Shown: in pieces, positions 1-12,590 of the stretch | Numbering within the stretch: position 1 is the first letter of the stretch | How the letters are laid out: each line of letters starts with the position of its first letter | Source: Octopus sinensis | Taxonomy: Eukaryota | Assembly: GCF_006345805.1 (NCBI RefSeq) | Contig: NC_043002.1 | Location: 79,794,001 to 79,858,000, forward strand | Direction: 5' to 3' | Length of the DNA stretch: 64,000 bases | The notes under the pieces: model-generated | Database searches by the model: none | What the model was told of the DNA's origin: nothing | What the model saw: the letters and a program-made list of their open reading frames with translations, nothing else | Translations under genes and position numbers: made by a program

Positions 1-567
1 ATATATAGATATATATAATATCTATATAGTGTGTGTTGTATATATAGTGTGGGTATATATATATATGTGTGTGTGTAAATATATGTGCGCACTATACATG
101 TATATGTATATGTGTGTCTCTGTGTAGGAGTTTTTGAACGAACGTGTGTGTGTGCGCGCGCGCGCAGCATAACAGAAATTGAAGAATCATGAAACGTAGT
201 TCTGTTCTTCAAGTTACCCTTTATTGTGTAGTTGAAGAGTAGGAAAGTCAAAGATATGAATGGTAACTACGATTCAGCTTCTAAGAAAATATAAACAACT
301 TATAAAGTAATTAATTCTTGAGGAATTACTTAGTTTTTTGTGCAAGAAATACGACACACAATTGTGGTTCTAACATTCGAAGCACCAAACATTGGTTGAA
401 TGCCTTCATTGGCGGATAACAAACCGACAACTTGAACAAAATGAATTACAATTTTTTTGCCGAAACCGGTGAAATATAACAATTAAAGCAGTAAAATACC
501 GGAAGCAGCCTAAAATTTCGAGATTCCTGCTAGGTTTTAGATTATATATAACCAAATAAAACTCCCC

Positions 568-646
<79 letters not shown>
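568..646. repeat. (TATC)n microsatellite
   Basis: About 20 perfect TATC units. Confidence 0.95.
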
Positions 647-650
<4 letters not shown>

Positions 651-1285
651 CTCTATGTTTAGATCCCTGTGGGAAATAAAGGAATAAGTATGCTGAGTCC
701 ATGTGTGTGTCAATGTGTGTGCTTACACGAGCTTACGGTATACTCCTCTAAATAATCTTTTCCATATTTTTCTTATTTCTGTTTTACCTACTATAAACTA
801 TATGTAGAGGCATTACCCGCATATATAAAAGATAAACTCTATCGACTTAATTTCATTGAAAACCACCAAGCCCGTATGCACCCTGCTACACTCAAATACG
901 ACATATATTGTAATAGAACCAAGCGAAACTGAGCTTGTTATGAGAGTTACCTTTTGAAAAAATCACCTGACGGCATACATCTAGACCGATGGGTGCACCA
1001 TAAGCAGGTGTACCGTATCTCCTCCGCGAGGTACCGGTGCAAGACGTGTCGAAACGATCGTTCTCATTTTCTCTTTGACTCATTTCTTTGATTTGAAATA
1101 TATATATACATATAATTATATATATATAAGAAATACTGAATTTCTAAATCTCTCGTAGAGACATGTACAGTGGTGGGGCGATAGAATGGTTGTATACTGT
1201 CAATCTAAGAGTACTTATTCTATCGGTCTCTTTTGCCGAATCGCTAAGTAACGGGGACATAAACACACCATAGATTGACAGTATA

Positions 1286-1729
1286 CAACCATTCTATATA
1301 TATATAATATATATATATATATAATATATATATATATATATAGTAATGTATATATGTATGTGTATATAATATATATATATATGTATATATGTATGTGTAT
1401 ATCTATATACATATATGTATATATATTTGTGTATGCATGAATGAATGAATATATATATGCGTGTGTGTGTGTGTGTCTACGTCTGCGTGTGCGTAAGTCT
1501 ACCTGTCCGTGTGTTGGTGCACGTAAAAACTGGAAAGTGATAGACAATATTTGATGCACATTGCTTCAGAAAATGCATTAGATTAGGATCTCTAGATAAA
1601 CAAATACTTGCATAAGAATGGCGTCAGGTGGTTATATTTCCCTGTGATTTTTCTCCACAAAATGGATCTCTTTTCTAAATCACTAATCTCTAGGGAAAAT
1701 GATGTAACACAACGCTCACGAATTATATA

Positions 1730-1797
<68 letters not shown>

Positions 1798-1916
1798 ATA
1801 TATATGTATATATGCATATATATATTCATATATATATAAATATGTATATGTATATATGTATCTCTATCATCTATCTATAATATATCTATCTATCTATATC
1901 TATCTATCTATCTATA

Positions 1917-1951
<35 letters not shown>

Positions 1952-1969
1952 TATATATATATATATCTA

Positions 1970-2008
<39 letters not shown>

Positions 2009-2060
2009 TATGCATCTGATATGTATGTATTACATAGATATATAAAATATATATATACAC
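1286..2060. repeat. Compound (TA)n/(TATG)n/(TATC)n microsatellite region
   Basis: Direct reading; explains the IY/YI-rich ORFs here. Confidence 0.9.
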
Positions 2061-2539
2061 GAAGGCAACACATAAGCTACTACATTGCTAAAAATAGAAG
2101 TCAAAAATACTTCTGTAACACGGAATAGTCATAAAACTAATACAGACCCAGCAGAGGTAAGACATTTTTAATGTTCACTGGAATTTTTCCTTCCATACCT
2201 GTATTAGATTAGTGAATATTCCGTGGTACAGAACTATTTTTATCGATGTAGATGTTCATGTGGTGCTTTCGTGTACATACGTACATATATATATATATAT
2301 ATATATATCACCGTGATCACCGTGACCGACCAGGCTATCAGATGTTGCTACACATCGCTGGTCACAATGCGCTTTCCATTGTTTTAGCCTTCAAATGACG
2401 CCATCCCGCTGGCTAAGCGAGCAGGCCAATATATATATATATATAAATTTCTTATATTGTATGTATATATTTTAGTAATTTGCCTGTACAGCTGATAACT
2501 CGCTTGCCACACGTGATGGTAATTTAATAATACCATCCC

Positions 2540-2775
2540 TAAGGCGGCGAGCTGGCAGAAACGTTAGCACGCCGGGTGAAATGCTTAGCGGTATTTCGTC
2601 TGCCATTACGTTCTGAGTTCAAATTCCGCTGAGGTCGAGTTTGCCTTTTATCCTTTCGGACTCGATAAATTAAGTACCAGTTACGCACTAGGGTCGATGT
2701 AATCGACTTAATCCGTTTGTCTGTCCTTGTTTGTCCCCTTCGTGTGTAGCCTCTTGTGAGCAATAAAGAAATAAG
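2540..2775 (+). mobile_element. tRNA-derived SINE, family A (AAGGCGGCGAGCTGGCAGAA... head)
   Basis: A-box-like GAGCTGGCAGAA and B-box-like GAGTTCAAATTCC; same sequence recurs many times (about 2780-2970+, 4355-4545-, 6190-6415-, 22500-22680+, 23670-23880+, 25165-25370+, 25378-25550+, 26625-26840+, 31545-31735-, 59300-59440+). Confidence 0.8.
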
Positions 2776-3559
2776 AAACGTTAGCATGGTAGGCAAAATA
2801 CTTAACCATATTTCGTCTGTCGCTACGTTCTGAGTTCAAATTCTGCCGAGGTAGACTTTGCCTTTCATCCTTTCGGAGTCGATAAAATAAGTACTAGTTG
2901 CGTACTGGAGTCGATCTAATTGACTAGCCCCCTTCTCCAAAATTTCGAGTCTTATGCCCAGAGTAGAAAAAAGTTATAAATAATTTCATGCATTTCATTG
3001 GTTAAATAGTGTTTGGTCACTATAAACGAACTTCTGCGGGCATGGTGGCAAGAAATTTTGGTAGTGGTAAGCTGATAGACTTTGACTGATAAGAAACCGG
3101 CTCCTATTTGGCGCTTATTTTGAAACTGGTACCGAGTTGATCAGTATTGCTTGTGCTGGCCTAGCAGAGGTAAAAAGTTTTTAATGTTCACTGGACTTCT
3201 TTCCTACCATGCCTGTATTAGATTTGTGAATATCCTGTGACACAGAAGTATTTTTGACTTCTATTCGTATGTATGATCAATGGAGGGAAAGAGGATAATT
3301 TCAACCCACGGAACAGAGATTATATGATCAACCTAGTGTAATAAGAAAAAACCGTTGGTTCACAGAAGTAGATCTTGAAGCTGTCGAAAGACGGGTATTG
3401 GAAAACAGCTGTAGAGGAAACGATGAAAATACAGTTCTTACTGATAACAGTAATGCCATAGCAGAAAACAGAGGTGAAAGCTCTAATAAACCACAAGAAT
3501 AGAACAGCGATAACTTACTCGATGAGAGACATAAACATAGTTTGGAAGAAGACAATAAA

Positions 3560-4205
3560 GCTAATGATGACATGACAGATGCGCAAAAGACAATCTACGA
3601 CAGGATAAAGGAGAACGATAGCGACATTATTTGAAACCTTAAAAAGGTTGATCGGTGGAAATTGAACCAAAAAACGAAAAATGTGAATGAAATTCTGAAA
3701 TACATCAGAACAAAAAAACATCACAAAAACAAATAATCTGATCAAGGCAGCAAATATTGTTGTAGCAGAAAATGTGAGTGTTGATGTCAAGAAAAAGACA
3801 TATAATGGGAGTGACAAAAGAAAGTATCCATGGTGCTAAAGAAGAATACAGGCGGGGTTAGATATGCTGTCGAAGGACATTTCTGTGTTAAACCGAAAAG
3901 AACAAAACTACAGGGCACTGAACAGGAAGTATAATATTGAAAGAAAGGGTCTGAAAGAGGTTATGGGGGAACTGGAACAACACCTCGTTGCAAAGAAAGC
4001 AAAGATGGTAAGATACGACCAAAGAATGAAGGGTTACCACCAGAATAGGTTTTTCAGACTAGATCAGAAGAGATTCGAAAAAGAAATAAATGGAGAATGT
4101 ACAGATGAAAAGTTGATACCAGATAACAATGAAAGTCAAATGTTTTGGAGTGACATCTAGAGCATAGAAAAGGAGCACAAGAAGAATGCTGGATGGTTGC
4201 AAAAA
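3560..4205 (+). mobile_element. Decayed non-LTR retrotransposon fragment, R4/Dong-like (RLE clade), N-terminal pre-RT region
   Basis: Translation with stops: LKKVDRWKLNQKTKNVNEILKYI..TNNLIKAA..YPW..RRI..KDISVL..KYNIERKGL..AKKAKMVRYDQRMKGYHQNRFFRLDQKRFEKEING..PDNNESQMFWSDI..EH..NAGWL, matching the pre-RT motifs I recall for R4/Dong elements. No RT domain follows. Confidence 0.7.
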
Positions 4206-4354
4206 CTTCATTCGGCTACCGTTTCTTCATCTTCCACAATACAGGGTTCATTACTAATATCTTTAATGTAGCACAAATATGTCTTATGAATCAAAAAGGA
4301 AAACTACGACGGTATACCAAGTCGCTTGTCCTATGGTTAATCATAGACACAAAG

Positions 4355-4545
4355 CCTGAAATTTGTGGGGAGGGACTAAGTCGATTACATCGACCACGGT
4401 ACTCAACTGGTACTTATTTCATCGACCCCGAAAGGATGAAAGGCAAAGTCGACCTCAGCGAGATTTAAACTCAGAACGTTAAGAGGGACGAAACATAGGT
4501 AAGTATTTTGCCCGGTGTGCTAACGATTCTGCCAGGTCACCGCCT
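4355..4545 (-). mobile_element. tRNA-derived SINE, family A
   Basis: Reverse complement of the 2540 element; adjacent (TAA/CAA)n run. Confidence 0.75.
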
Positions 4546-4914
4546 TAATAATAATAATAATAATAATAATAACAACAACAACAACAACAACAACAATAAT
4601 AATAATAATAATACTAATACTAATAATAATAATAATAATGACGATGATGACGATGAAAAAGAATAAGAAGAAATCAACCACTTAACCCGTTTTCGAACTT
4701 AAATTATTTCTCATCTAATTCTGAAGATTACCTTCTGTTATGAAATCCTCCATAAAACAGATACGCCAAAGAACGGAAGCATCGGAATTTCAATAAATCT
4801 GAGGTGACATGGTCCGGGTCCAGTTTCAACAAGACAGGTGTGATTATGGTATTGACGTTCTGAAAATGAGGCCCACAAATATTACTCCCGACGTCACTGG
4901 GTAAAAATAATCAC

Positions 4915-5320
4915 ATTCTCTTTAACTTGTTTCAGTCATTTGACTGCGGCCATGCTGGAGCACCGCCTTAATCGGGTAAATCGACCCCAGGACTTATTTT
5001 TTGGAAGCCTAGTACATATGCTATCGGTCTATTTTCCGAACTGCTAAATTACGAGGAGGTAAAGGAACCAGCATCGGCTGTCAAGCGATGTCATGGGGAC
5101 ATACACAGACATACAAACATATACACACATACATATATATATATACACATATATACGACGGGCTTCTTTCAGTTTCCGTCTACCAAATCCACTCACAAGG
5201 CTTTGGTCGGCCGAGGCAATAAATAGAAGACACTTGCCCAAGATGCCACACAATAGGAATGAACCTGGAACCATGTGGTTGGTAAGCAAGCTACTTTCCA
5301 CACAGCCACTCCTGCGCCCA
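4915..5320 (-). mobile_element. tRNA-derived SINE, family B (tRNA-like head, CORE-like TTGGGCAAGTGTCTT segment, internal microsatellite)
   Basis: Minus strand begins GGCGCAGGAGTGGCTGTGTGG..GGTTCCAGGTTCATTCC; near-identical copies at about 9945-10330, 47975-48365, 53830-54243, with partial copies near 8000-8560, 30690-30850 and 31770-31925. Confidence 0.8.
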
Positions 5321-5659
5321 TGAATATGAAATGAAATTTAGTACTGAAGATCACATACTTAAATTATTCAGCAGAGCAAATTGTGTGCTTATGAAGACAT
5401 ATAAAAACAACTCACCGAATTAAAGTTTCAAGCTTCTCTTCTGAGATTTGTTAAGGTTTATTACCATAAAATTTATCACATTAGTGCTATCTTAACAATA
5501 CGCCTAATCCTCTAAGCAAATCTATGACGTTAGGTCTATGTAGGTACTCAACCTTCTATATACATATAAGAGCCAAGGTCCCATTAAATGGTGGTTATAG
5601 CCTCTAATCTCATTCCACAGTATTATGAGCCGAATGGCACCTTGGATAATGTAGTTCTA

Positions 5660-6090
5660 GATGATGATGATGATGATAATGATGATACTGGTGATGGTGG
5701 TGGTGGTGGCGGTGGTGGTGGTGGCAGTGGTGCTGGTCGTGATGGTGATGGAGGTGATTATGGCGATGATGATTAGAATCTTGATGGTGGTGGTGGTGAT
5801 GATGAAGATGATGGTGGTGACGATGATGATATTGATGATAGAGGCGGTGTTGGTGATGTTGATGATAATGATGATGACGATAATGATGACGATGGTGATC
5901 GTGGTAATGGTGATAATGATGTGGTGTTAGTGATGATGATGATGGTGTTGATGGTGTAGGTGTTGGTTGTGACGGGAGTGATGATCACGATGATCATGAT
6001 GGTGATGGTGGTGTTGCTGATAGCGATGACGACGACAATGATGATGCTGAGGATGATGATGACAACGACGACGTTGACGGCGATGATGAT
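5660..6090. repeat. (GAT/GGT)n degenerate trinucleotide repeat
   Basis: Direct reading. Confidence 0.9.
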
Positions 6091-6189
6091 AGAACCTCTC
6101 ACATCGATTTCGGCCCACATGAATTTCACAACCAACTGATTGAATTAATGCGTGAGGTCGGCTGAGTAATTAGCAGATGCCTATACCTA

Positions 6190-6415
6190 TTTCTTTATTA
6201 CCCACAAGGGGCTAAACATAGAGTCGACAAACAAGGACAGACAAAGGGATATTAAGTCGATTACATCGACCCCAGTGCGTAACTGGTACTTAATTTATCG
6301 ATCCCGAAATGGTGAAAGGCAAAGTCGACCTCGGCGGAATTTGAACTCACAACGTAGCGGCAGACGAAATACCGCTAAGCATTTCACCCGGTGTGCTAAC
6401 GTTTCTGCCAGCTCA
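6190..6415 (-). mobile_element. tRNA-derived SINE, family A
   Basis: Reverse complement of the 2540 element over its full length. Confidence 0.8.
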
Positions 6416-7329
6416 CCGTGTACCCTTACGTATACCCTTAACGTAATTTTCAGACGGAATAAGCGTGACATAACTGCGATAAACAGTTTCTACACAGTTT
6501 TCGTCAACCAAGATGCACTAAAAAGCTCGAGCCAAGTTCAAAGGCCAAGCAGTGGCATAGAACCAGAGGTTTCGTGTCTGCTCTCTATTTCTAGCGTCGG
6601 TACTCCTACATACGTCCTAACCAAAATGTGACAGGTTGGTCGCAGCAGGAACGTCTTTGATTACTGCTGACCAGGGTTAACCTACATTAACAATTCCAAG
6701 TATACTACGAGGCATAATTATTAACAGGAAATAGCCCATTCTTACCTTTACTTTCATTTAATGAGTTCTAGAATTGGTTTAAGAAAATTCACTGCAGAGA
6801 AACCATATTATATCAAACTGTGATTAAAAGCTTGAGAGAAAATTGACGTTTGGCGCCATCCAACAAAATAGAAGTTCTTGTTTAAAAGAGAATGTAGACA
6901 AAAGTTCTTCCAAATTTAGACTTTTCTATCGCTTATGATTCGAGAACTGCGAATGTAGATTTAATAAATGTATAGCTAGTAGAAATATATGTTACTATGT
7001 AGCAAATGTAGAGTGTTAAATAGCAGTAGCCAGTTTTACTGAAACAATGGCTTAATGTCACCATACATGAAAGTAGAGAACGTTGTTAATACATCATACG
7101 GATACTGCACTGTCATACAATAATAGCGAATATCATTGCATCATAGGGTATCACAATGCCAACGCAGTGGTAGCAATAATTATTACGTCACACACAATAT
7201 TACCTTGTCAAAAGATATTAGCGACACCTCCTAGCGCGGATTCTGCCATGTCATCCGACAGTTTTGTAATCACATTAAAAACAAATTAGTTATAAAAGCG
7301 GTTTATTTACATGTACGTCTGAAATGGAG

Positions 7330-7560
7330 TGAAAGCGCGTGGCCTAATGGTTAGGGTGTTACATTCACGATAGGAAGATCGCTGTTTCGATTCCCAGACC
7401 GGCGGTGTGTTGTGTTCTTGGACGTAACGCACTTAATTTCACATTGCTCCTGTTGACTCAGCTTTAGACGAAATGTTGGCCTGGCTGCCATGTCAGCAGG
7501 GTGGCATCATTCGAAAGCAACAACAATGTGATGAAACACATTGTGACCAGCGGTGTACAA
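7330..7560 (+). mobile_element. tRNA-derived SINE, family C
   Basis: Head GCGTGGCCTAATGGTTAGGGTG..TTCGATTCCC; related copies at about 16600-16900(-), 24270-24400(+), 26000-26230(+), 44630-44790(-). Confidence 0.65.
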
Positions 7561-8223
7561 CAACATCGGATAGCCTGGTCGATACAGAGTTACAGAGATG
7601 ACTGGTATGAACAAACAAACACAACCATCAGTATATGGGATATGCGCAGACAACTGTATATAATTTTAAACAAACATATACTGGAATATAAACATTCAAC
7701 ATATATTAACAGACAGCGTATGTTAAAACAGTACCCTTACAGACATGGACACTCAGTTTCCAACAAAAACCATGCATATATGTATGCATGCATGTATGTA
7801 TGTATGCATATATGTATGTACGTATATACTTATGTATGCATGCATTTATGTATGTATATATGTAAGTATGAAGGTATGTATGAGTCTATCTGTCTATCTA
7901 TCTTTCTATCTGTGCGCTTGTATTTTGTTCCTCACCACCATTTGACAACAGGTGCTGGTGTGTTTACGCGGGCGTAACTTAGCGGTTCGGAAGCAATAAA
8001 CCTGCAGAATGAGTATCAAGTTTTTTTTTTAAATAAGTACTGGAAGTCGATGCATTCGACAAAGATTGTTCAAGGCGGTGCTCCAGCATGGCCGCAACAG
8101 TCTCTTGACTGAAACAATCAAACGATAAAAGGCAATACGCATGTATATATATATATATATAGTAACGCCCTCCCCATAAATGTATTCCTAATATCTGTGT
8201 ATGTGTGTATATATGTATATACC

Positions 8224-8270
<47 letters not shown>

Positions 8271-9491
8271 TATATATATAGTTATTATAGGTATACACAC
8301 ACACTCTGCTACGTTACGAGGACGTAAACACACCAACATCGTTTCTCAGATGATGAGGGGGACAAACACAAATACATACATACTTTCATACCTACATATA
8401 TACATACATTTATACATACATATATATGTATACGACGGGCTTCTATCAGTTTCCATCTACCATTTGGTCGACCCAAGTCTATAGTAGAAGACTCGTACCC
8501 AAGATGCCTAGCAGTGGGACTGAACCAAGAATAATGTGGTTGGGAAGCAAATTTCTCCTGCGCCTATGCATATATATATATATATATGACCGTCGTCACC
8601 ATCCTCATCATCATCATCATCACCTAAGCTCCACTTTCCATGCTGGCATGGGTTGGACGGTATGCTCAAATACTGCCCTGTACTTGGTTTCAAGTGTCTG
8701 TTTTGGCATGGTTTCTTTACACATACACACTGACGCATAAACAAATAATCATAAATGCTTACATGTATGCATATTCACACAGAAGAGTGTATTTCTGTGT
8801 GAGCATATGTGCACTACTACTAAAGCACGTCTGTAAAGATGTAATACGCAAACAATTGTAATAGAGCGCGCGCATATTACATATACACTATTCTAGGACA
8901 CACATGCTGGTGGTGATTGTAACATGATTGCTTGGCGTTGGTGAATTAGTTTCTTTGCTCCATAGCTGAACTGCAGTATCGGTGTTGGCGCCGGTGCAGG
9001 TCATGTCGGCATAAACAGATGAAGATGATGACGATATGGTGATGACGACGACGATGATGATGATGGCGATATGGTGATGATGATGATGATGATGGAAGTG
9101 GTGCTGGTGGTGGTGGTGATGATGATGATGAAAAAATGTTAAAAAAAAATGTAGTTCACTGTATCACGCACACACATACCCGCACACATATACACACACC
9201 TGAAGGAAAGAAATTTCCAGGTATGGCTTCACTGTGGCAAGTTAATTAAATCACTGCTTACAGTCTTTCTTCTTCTACACAGTGGCAATGTAAGATGGGA
9301 AAGAAGAGAGAAAGAGAGAAACAAGAAAGAAGGTAAAAGAATATTAGTGAGAGAAAGGGTGGGAGACGGACAAAGAGAAAGAGAGAGAATGTGTGAGAGA
9401 GAAACGCAAGACATGGTGTAAATGGACAGAGGATGTGATACGGAGACATTTGGAGAGAGAAGGATAGATAGATAGATAGATTGATAGATAG

Positions 9492-9542
<51 letters not shown>

Positions 9543-9944
9543 AGAGAGAAGGGTGAGAAGAAGAGTGTACGAAAAAAGAGAAAGAATGTAAACAGTAGCG
9601 GGGAGAGAAAAAGGGATGGAGAAACAGCAAGGCAAAGTCTGAGAAATAGTGAAGTTTGAAAGAGAGAGAACGGGAACGTGAAAAAGTGATCGTTGGCTGA
9701 TACAGCACGCAATGGCATATACATACACACTGACAAAAACACACAAATTTGCACAAACAGATCATGCAAACATGTAGGTACCCACATGTACATTAACATA
9801 CGCGCATTCAGAGAATAGGGTGTAAGTGAAGAGTTACAGGTCTACCTCCATACTCATATATTCTCTCTGACGAACGTTAACATGCAAATTTAGAAAGACA
9901 CCATTACAGATTTGGGAATGTTCAATGTTTATGTATATACATAT

Positions 9945-10330
9945 ATACATTCTTTTATTTGTTCCAGTCATTTGACTGCGGACCTACTGGAGCACCGCCT
10001 TTAGTCGGACAAATCGACCCCAGGACTTATTCTTTTTAAGCCTAGTACTTATCCTGTCGGCCTCTTTTGCAGAAACGCTTATGTTACGGGGACGTAAAGA
10101 CACCAACATCGGTTGTCAAGCGATGGTGGTGGTGGTGGTGGTGGTGGGACAAACACAGACACACAAACACACACACACATATACGACGGGCTTCATTCAG
10201 TTTCCGTCTACCAAATCCATCAGAATGCATTGGCCGGCCCGTGAATATAATAGAAGATACTTACCTAAGGTGCCACGCAGTGGGACTAAATCCGGAACCA
10301 TGTGGTTAGTAGTAAGCAAGCAACTTACTA
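9945..10330 (-). mobile_element. tRNA-derived SINE, family B
   Basis: Colinear with the 4915-5320 copy. Confidence 0.8.
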
Positions 10331-10860
10331 TAGCCAGATTGTTTTTTTCTTTGGGTTTTATTCAAATACTTAAGAGAGTTCAAGCTGGTTGCTAACCAAG
10401 CGAGGAGTATTTGAATTAAGCGAATTCCCGGTGTTCGTAAATATTTGGCTAAGTTGATGTGTTGGTTGAGCTGTCGATGCACGCACCCACCTATGTGCAT
10501 CTATTCTTCTGCAGATTCTTAGACAGAATATCTTTGGAATGTCTTACATATCTTCAGTGTGCGGCAAATAGATTGGATTTTGGCGAATGCATATCAATTT
10601 CTTCAGTGTGCGGCAAATAGATTGGATTTTGGCGAATGCATATCAATTTTTTTTGCTCTTTCTTTGAAAAATCTAGTATTTCTAGGGTTTTGTGTAAATT
10701 TGTAGGTACATAGTCTAAATGCATCAATGATGATACGATCAAATGAAACTTTATTGCCAGGCTATAAAAGATCGAATCAATAAGTTCAATCCTCAAAAAG
10801 ACAGTACTGGGTTTACATTCTTTACATTTGACGGATATTTGTCCTCATCTTTTTTGTTGT

Positions 10861-10908
10861 TAACGAAACGTTTCGGCTGATGTACCCTCCAGCCTTCAGC
10901 AGGTGTCT
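10861..10908 (-). ncRNA. Minimal type-I hammerhead-like motif, A6C core variant
   Basis: Minus strand: GACAC CUGCUGA A GGCUG[GAGGGUACAU]CAGCC GAA ACGU U UCGUU. Stem II and GAAA intact, palindromic stem III, stem I 3' side imperfect. Confidence 0.55.
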
Positions 10909-11010
10909 TGGAGAAATTTCGAACATGGGTTCTCATTTCTAAGGAATTTTTCGATGTTGTTGTTGTTGTTGTTGTTGTTCTCCTTCTCCTTCTTCTTCTT
11001 TCTTCTTCTT

Positions 11011-11041
<31 letters not shown>

Positions 11042-11075
11042 TTATTATTATATATTATTATTATTATTATTATTA

Positions 11076-11111
<36 letters not shown>

Positions 11112-11115
<4 letters not shown>

Positions 11116-11247
11116 TTACTGCCTGGAATCGAACTCGGAATCTTGGTAGTAGCACGCACTCTGACTATTACGCCCTATGCCCGTTGCGTAGTGGTTAAGA
11201 GTGCGTGCTACTAACCCCAAGATTCCTAGTTCGATTCCAAGCAGTGA

Positions 11248-11251
<4 letters not shown>
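11112..11251. repeat. Head-to-head inverted pair of short tRNA-derived SINE-like units with outward (TAA)n tails
   Basis: Plus unit GCGTAGTGGTTAAGAGTG..GTTCGATTCCAAGCAGTGACCTG (A and B boxes) is mirrored by its reverse complement at 11112-11172. Confidence 0.8.
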
Positions 11252-11303
<52 letters not shown>

Positions 11304-11857
11304 GCCCTGATGCAGTACCAGGCAGTGGCTCTCATGGCATCTGATCTTAACTGATTGGAAGTGTTATCATGTACATTGTTTTGTCTTGGTATAAAAGATG
11401 GGCTACAGCAAATATTCTGCTCAGTACTATAGATTTGCTTATCAGTTGTTTGACCTTAACCAGTTGAGCATGTCCCTTAGTGGCTGACGGTATGTGCATG
11501 TCTGATCACGAGCAGAAGTAGTGGGGGAGCACCATAGCCATGTGTTGAGAGGGATTATTTGGGGTTTAAATAATTCACCTCTGGAAACATGGGTGTTTCA
11601 TTTAACATCCTTAACTAACCCTTATTCAAGGACCTTTTGAGTGGGATGGGTTACTCGACCAGAAGAAAATTCTAACTGCGCCCCACCTGCAAGGTCATGT
11701 GCTGTTTATCTTCATATGAGATCACCATATCGCGCACATATGGTTGTGATGCATGTGCCTGGAGTACCCTTATCTGACGGGTAGTCATGATGGGTATACT
11801 GGGCTTCGTATATTGTACCCCAGTGTCACTTTGATTGCATGCACTGCTCTCTCACTC

Positions 11858-11912
<55 letters not shown>

Positions 11913-11942
11913 TAATAATAATAATAATAATAATAATGATAA

Positions 11943-11973
<31 letters not shown>

Positions 11974-12030
11974 AATAACAACATCGAAAAATACCTTAGG
12001 AATGAGAACCCAGGTTCGAAATTTCCTTAA

Positions 12031-12076
12031 GACACCTGATGAAGGCTGGAGGGTATATCAGCCAAAACATTGTGTT
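12031..12076 (+). ncRNA. Minimal type-I hammerhead-like motif with G12A change (probably inactive)
   Basis: GACAC CUGAUGA A GGCUG[GAGGGUAUAU]CAGCC AAAAC AU U GUGUU; stem I GACAC/GUGUU. Same family as the 10861-10908 motif. Confidence 0.55.
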
Positions 12077-12494
12077 AACAACAAACAAGAAGAGGACAAA
12101 TATCCGCCAAGTGCAAATAATGTAAATAATATACATAATTCCTCATCTCTTAAATATAGAACTGAAAGTACTGAGGTCGGTTCGTTCAACTAAAATTCCC
12201 CAAGGTGGTGCCCCAGCATGGCCGCAACATAATAACACACACATATCTTTACGTATGAATGTATATCCAATAATTTTAACGATAGAGAATATGGAGACTG
12301 ATACATTCTGAAAAATTTATTTATGTACACTCCGGATAATGTTATCATTCAATGAAGTTATCAGGGAATTACTCATTCGAGGATTTTACAGTGTCAGTGA
12401 CGGCGTTAAAAATTAATCGAGGCGGTTAGCCATAACCTGGAATATTACTGAGAGCTACCACAGTATACGCACGGATAGGATATCTCTCTAAACT

Positions 12495-12528
<34 letters not shown>

Positions 12529-12536
12529 TGTGTGTG

Positions 12537-12590
<54 letters not shown>

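Noticed and set aside
1215-2128. IY/YI- and CV-rich ORFs here and throughout the window
   Set aside because: They come from (TA)n, (TG)n and (TATC)n microsatellites.
7330-7405. Possible tRNA genes (also 11186-11251 and 44720-44780)
   Set aside because: A and B boxes are present but acceptor stems do not pair and each continues into repeat body or tail; they are SINE heads.
10551-10648. Possible CRISPR-like repeat
   Set aside because: Only two adjacent copies with no spacer, no cas genes, and an animal genome context.
10400-10800. Possible decayed PLE coding sequence on the minus strand
   Set aside because: Translations lack RT or endonuclease motifs I can identify.
11753-12193. 146-aa ORF
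   Set aside because: It spans a repeat end, an (AAT)n tract and the hammerhead repeat; a chance fusion.
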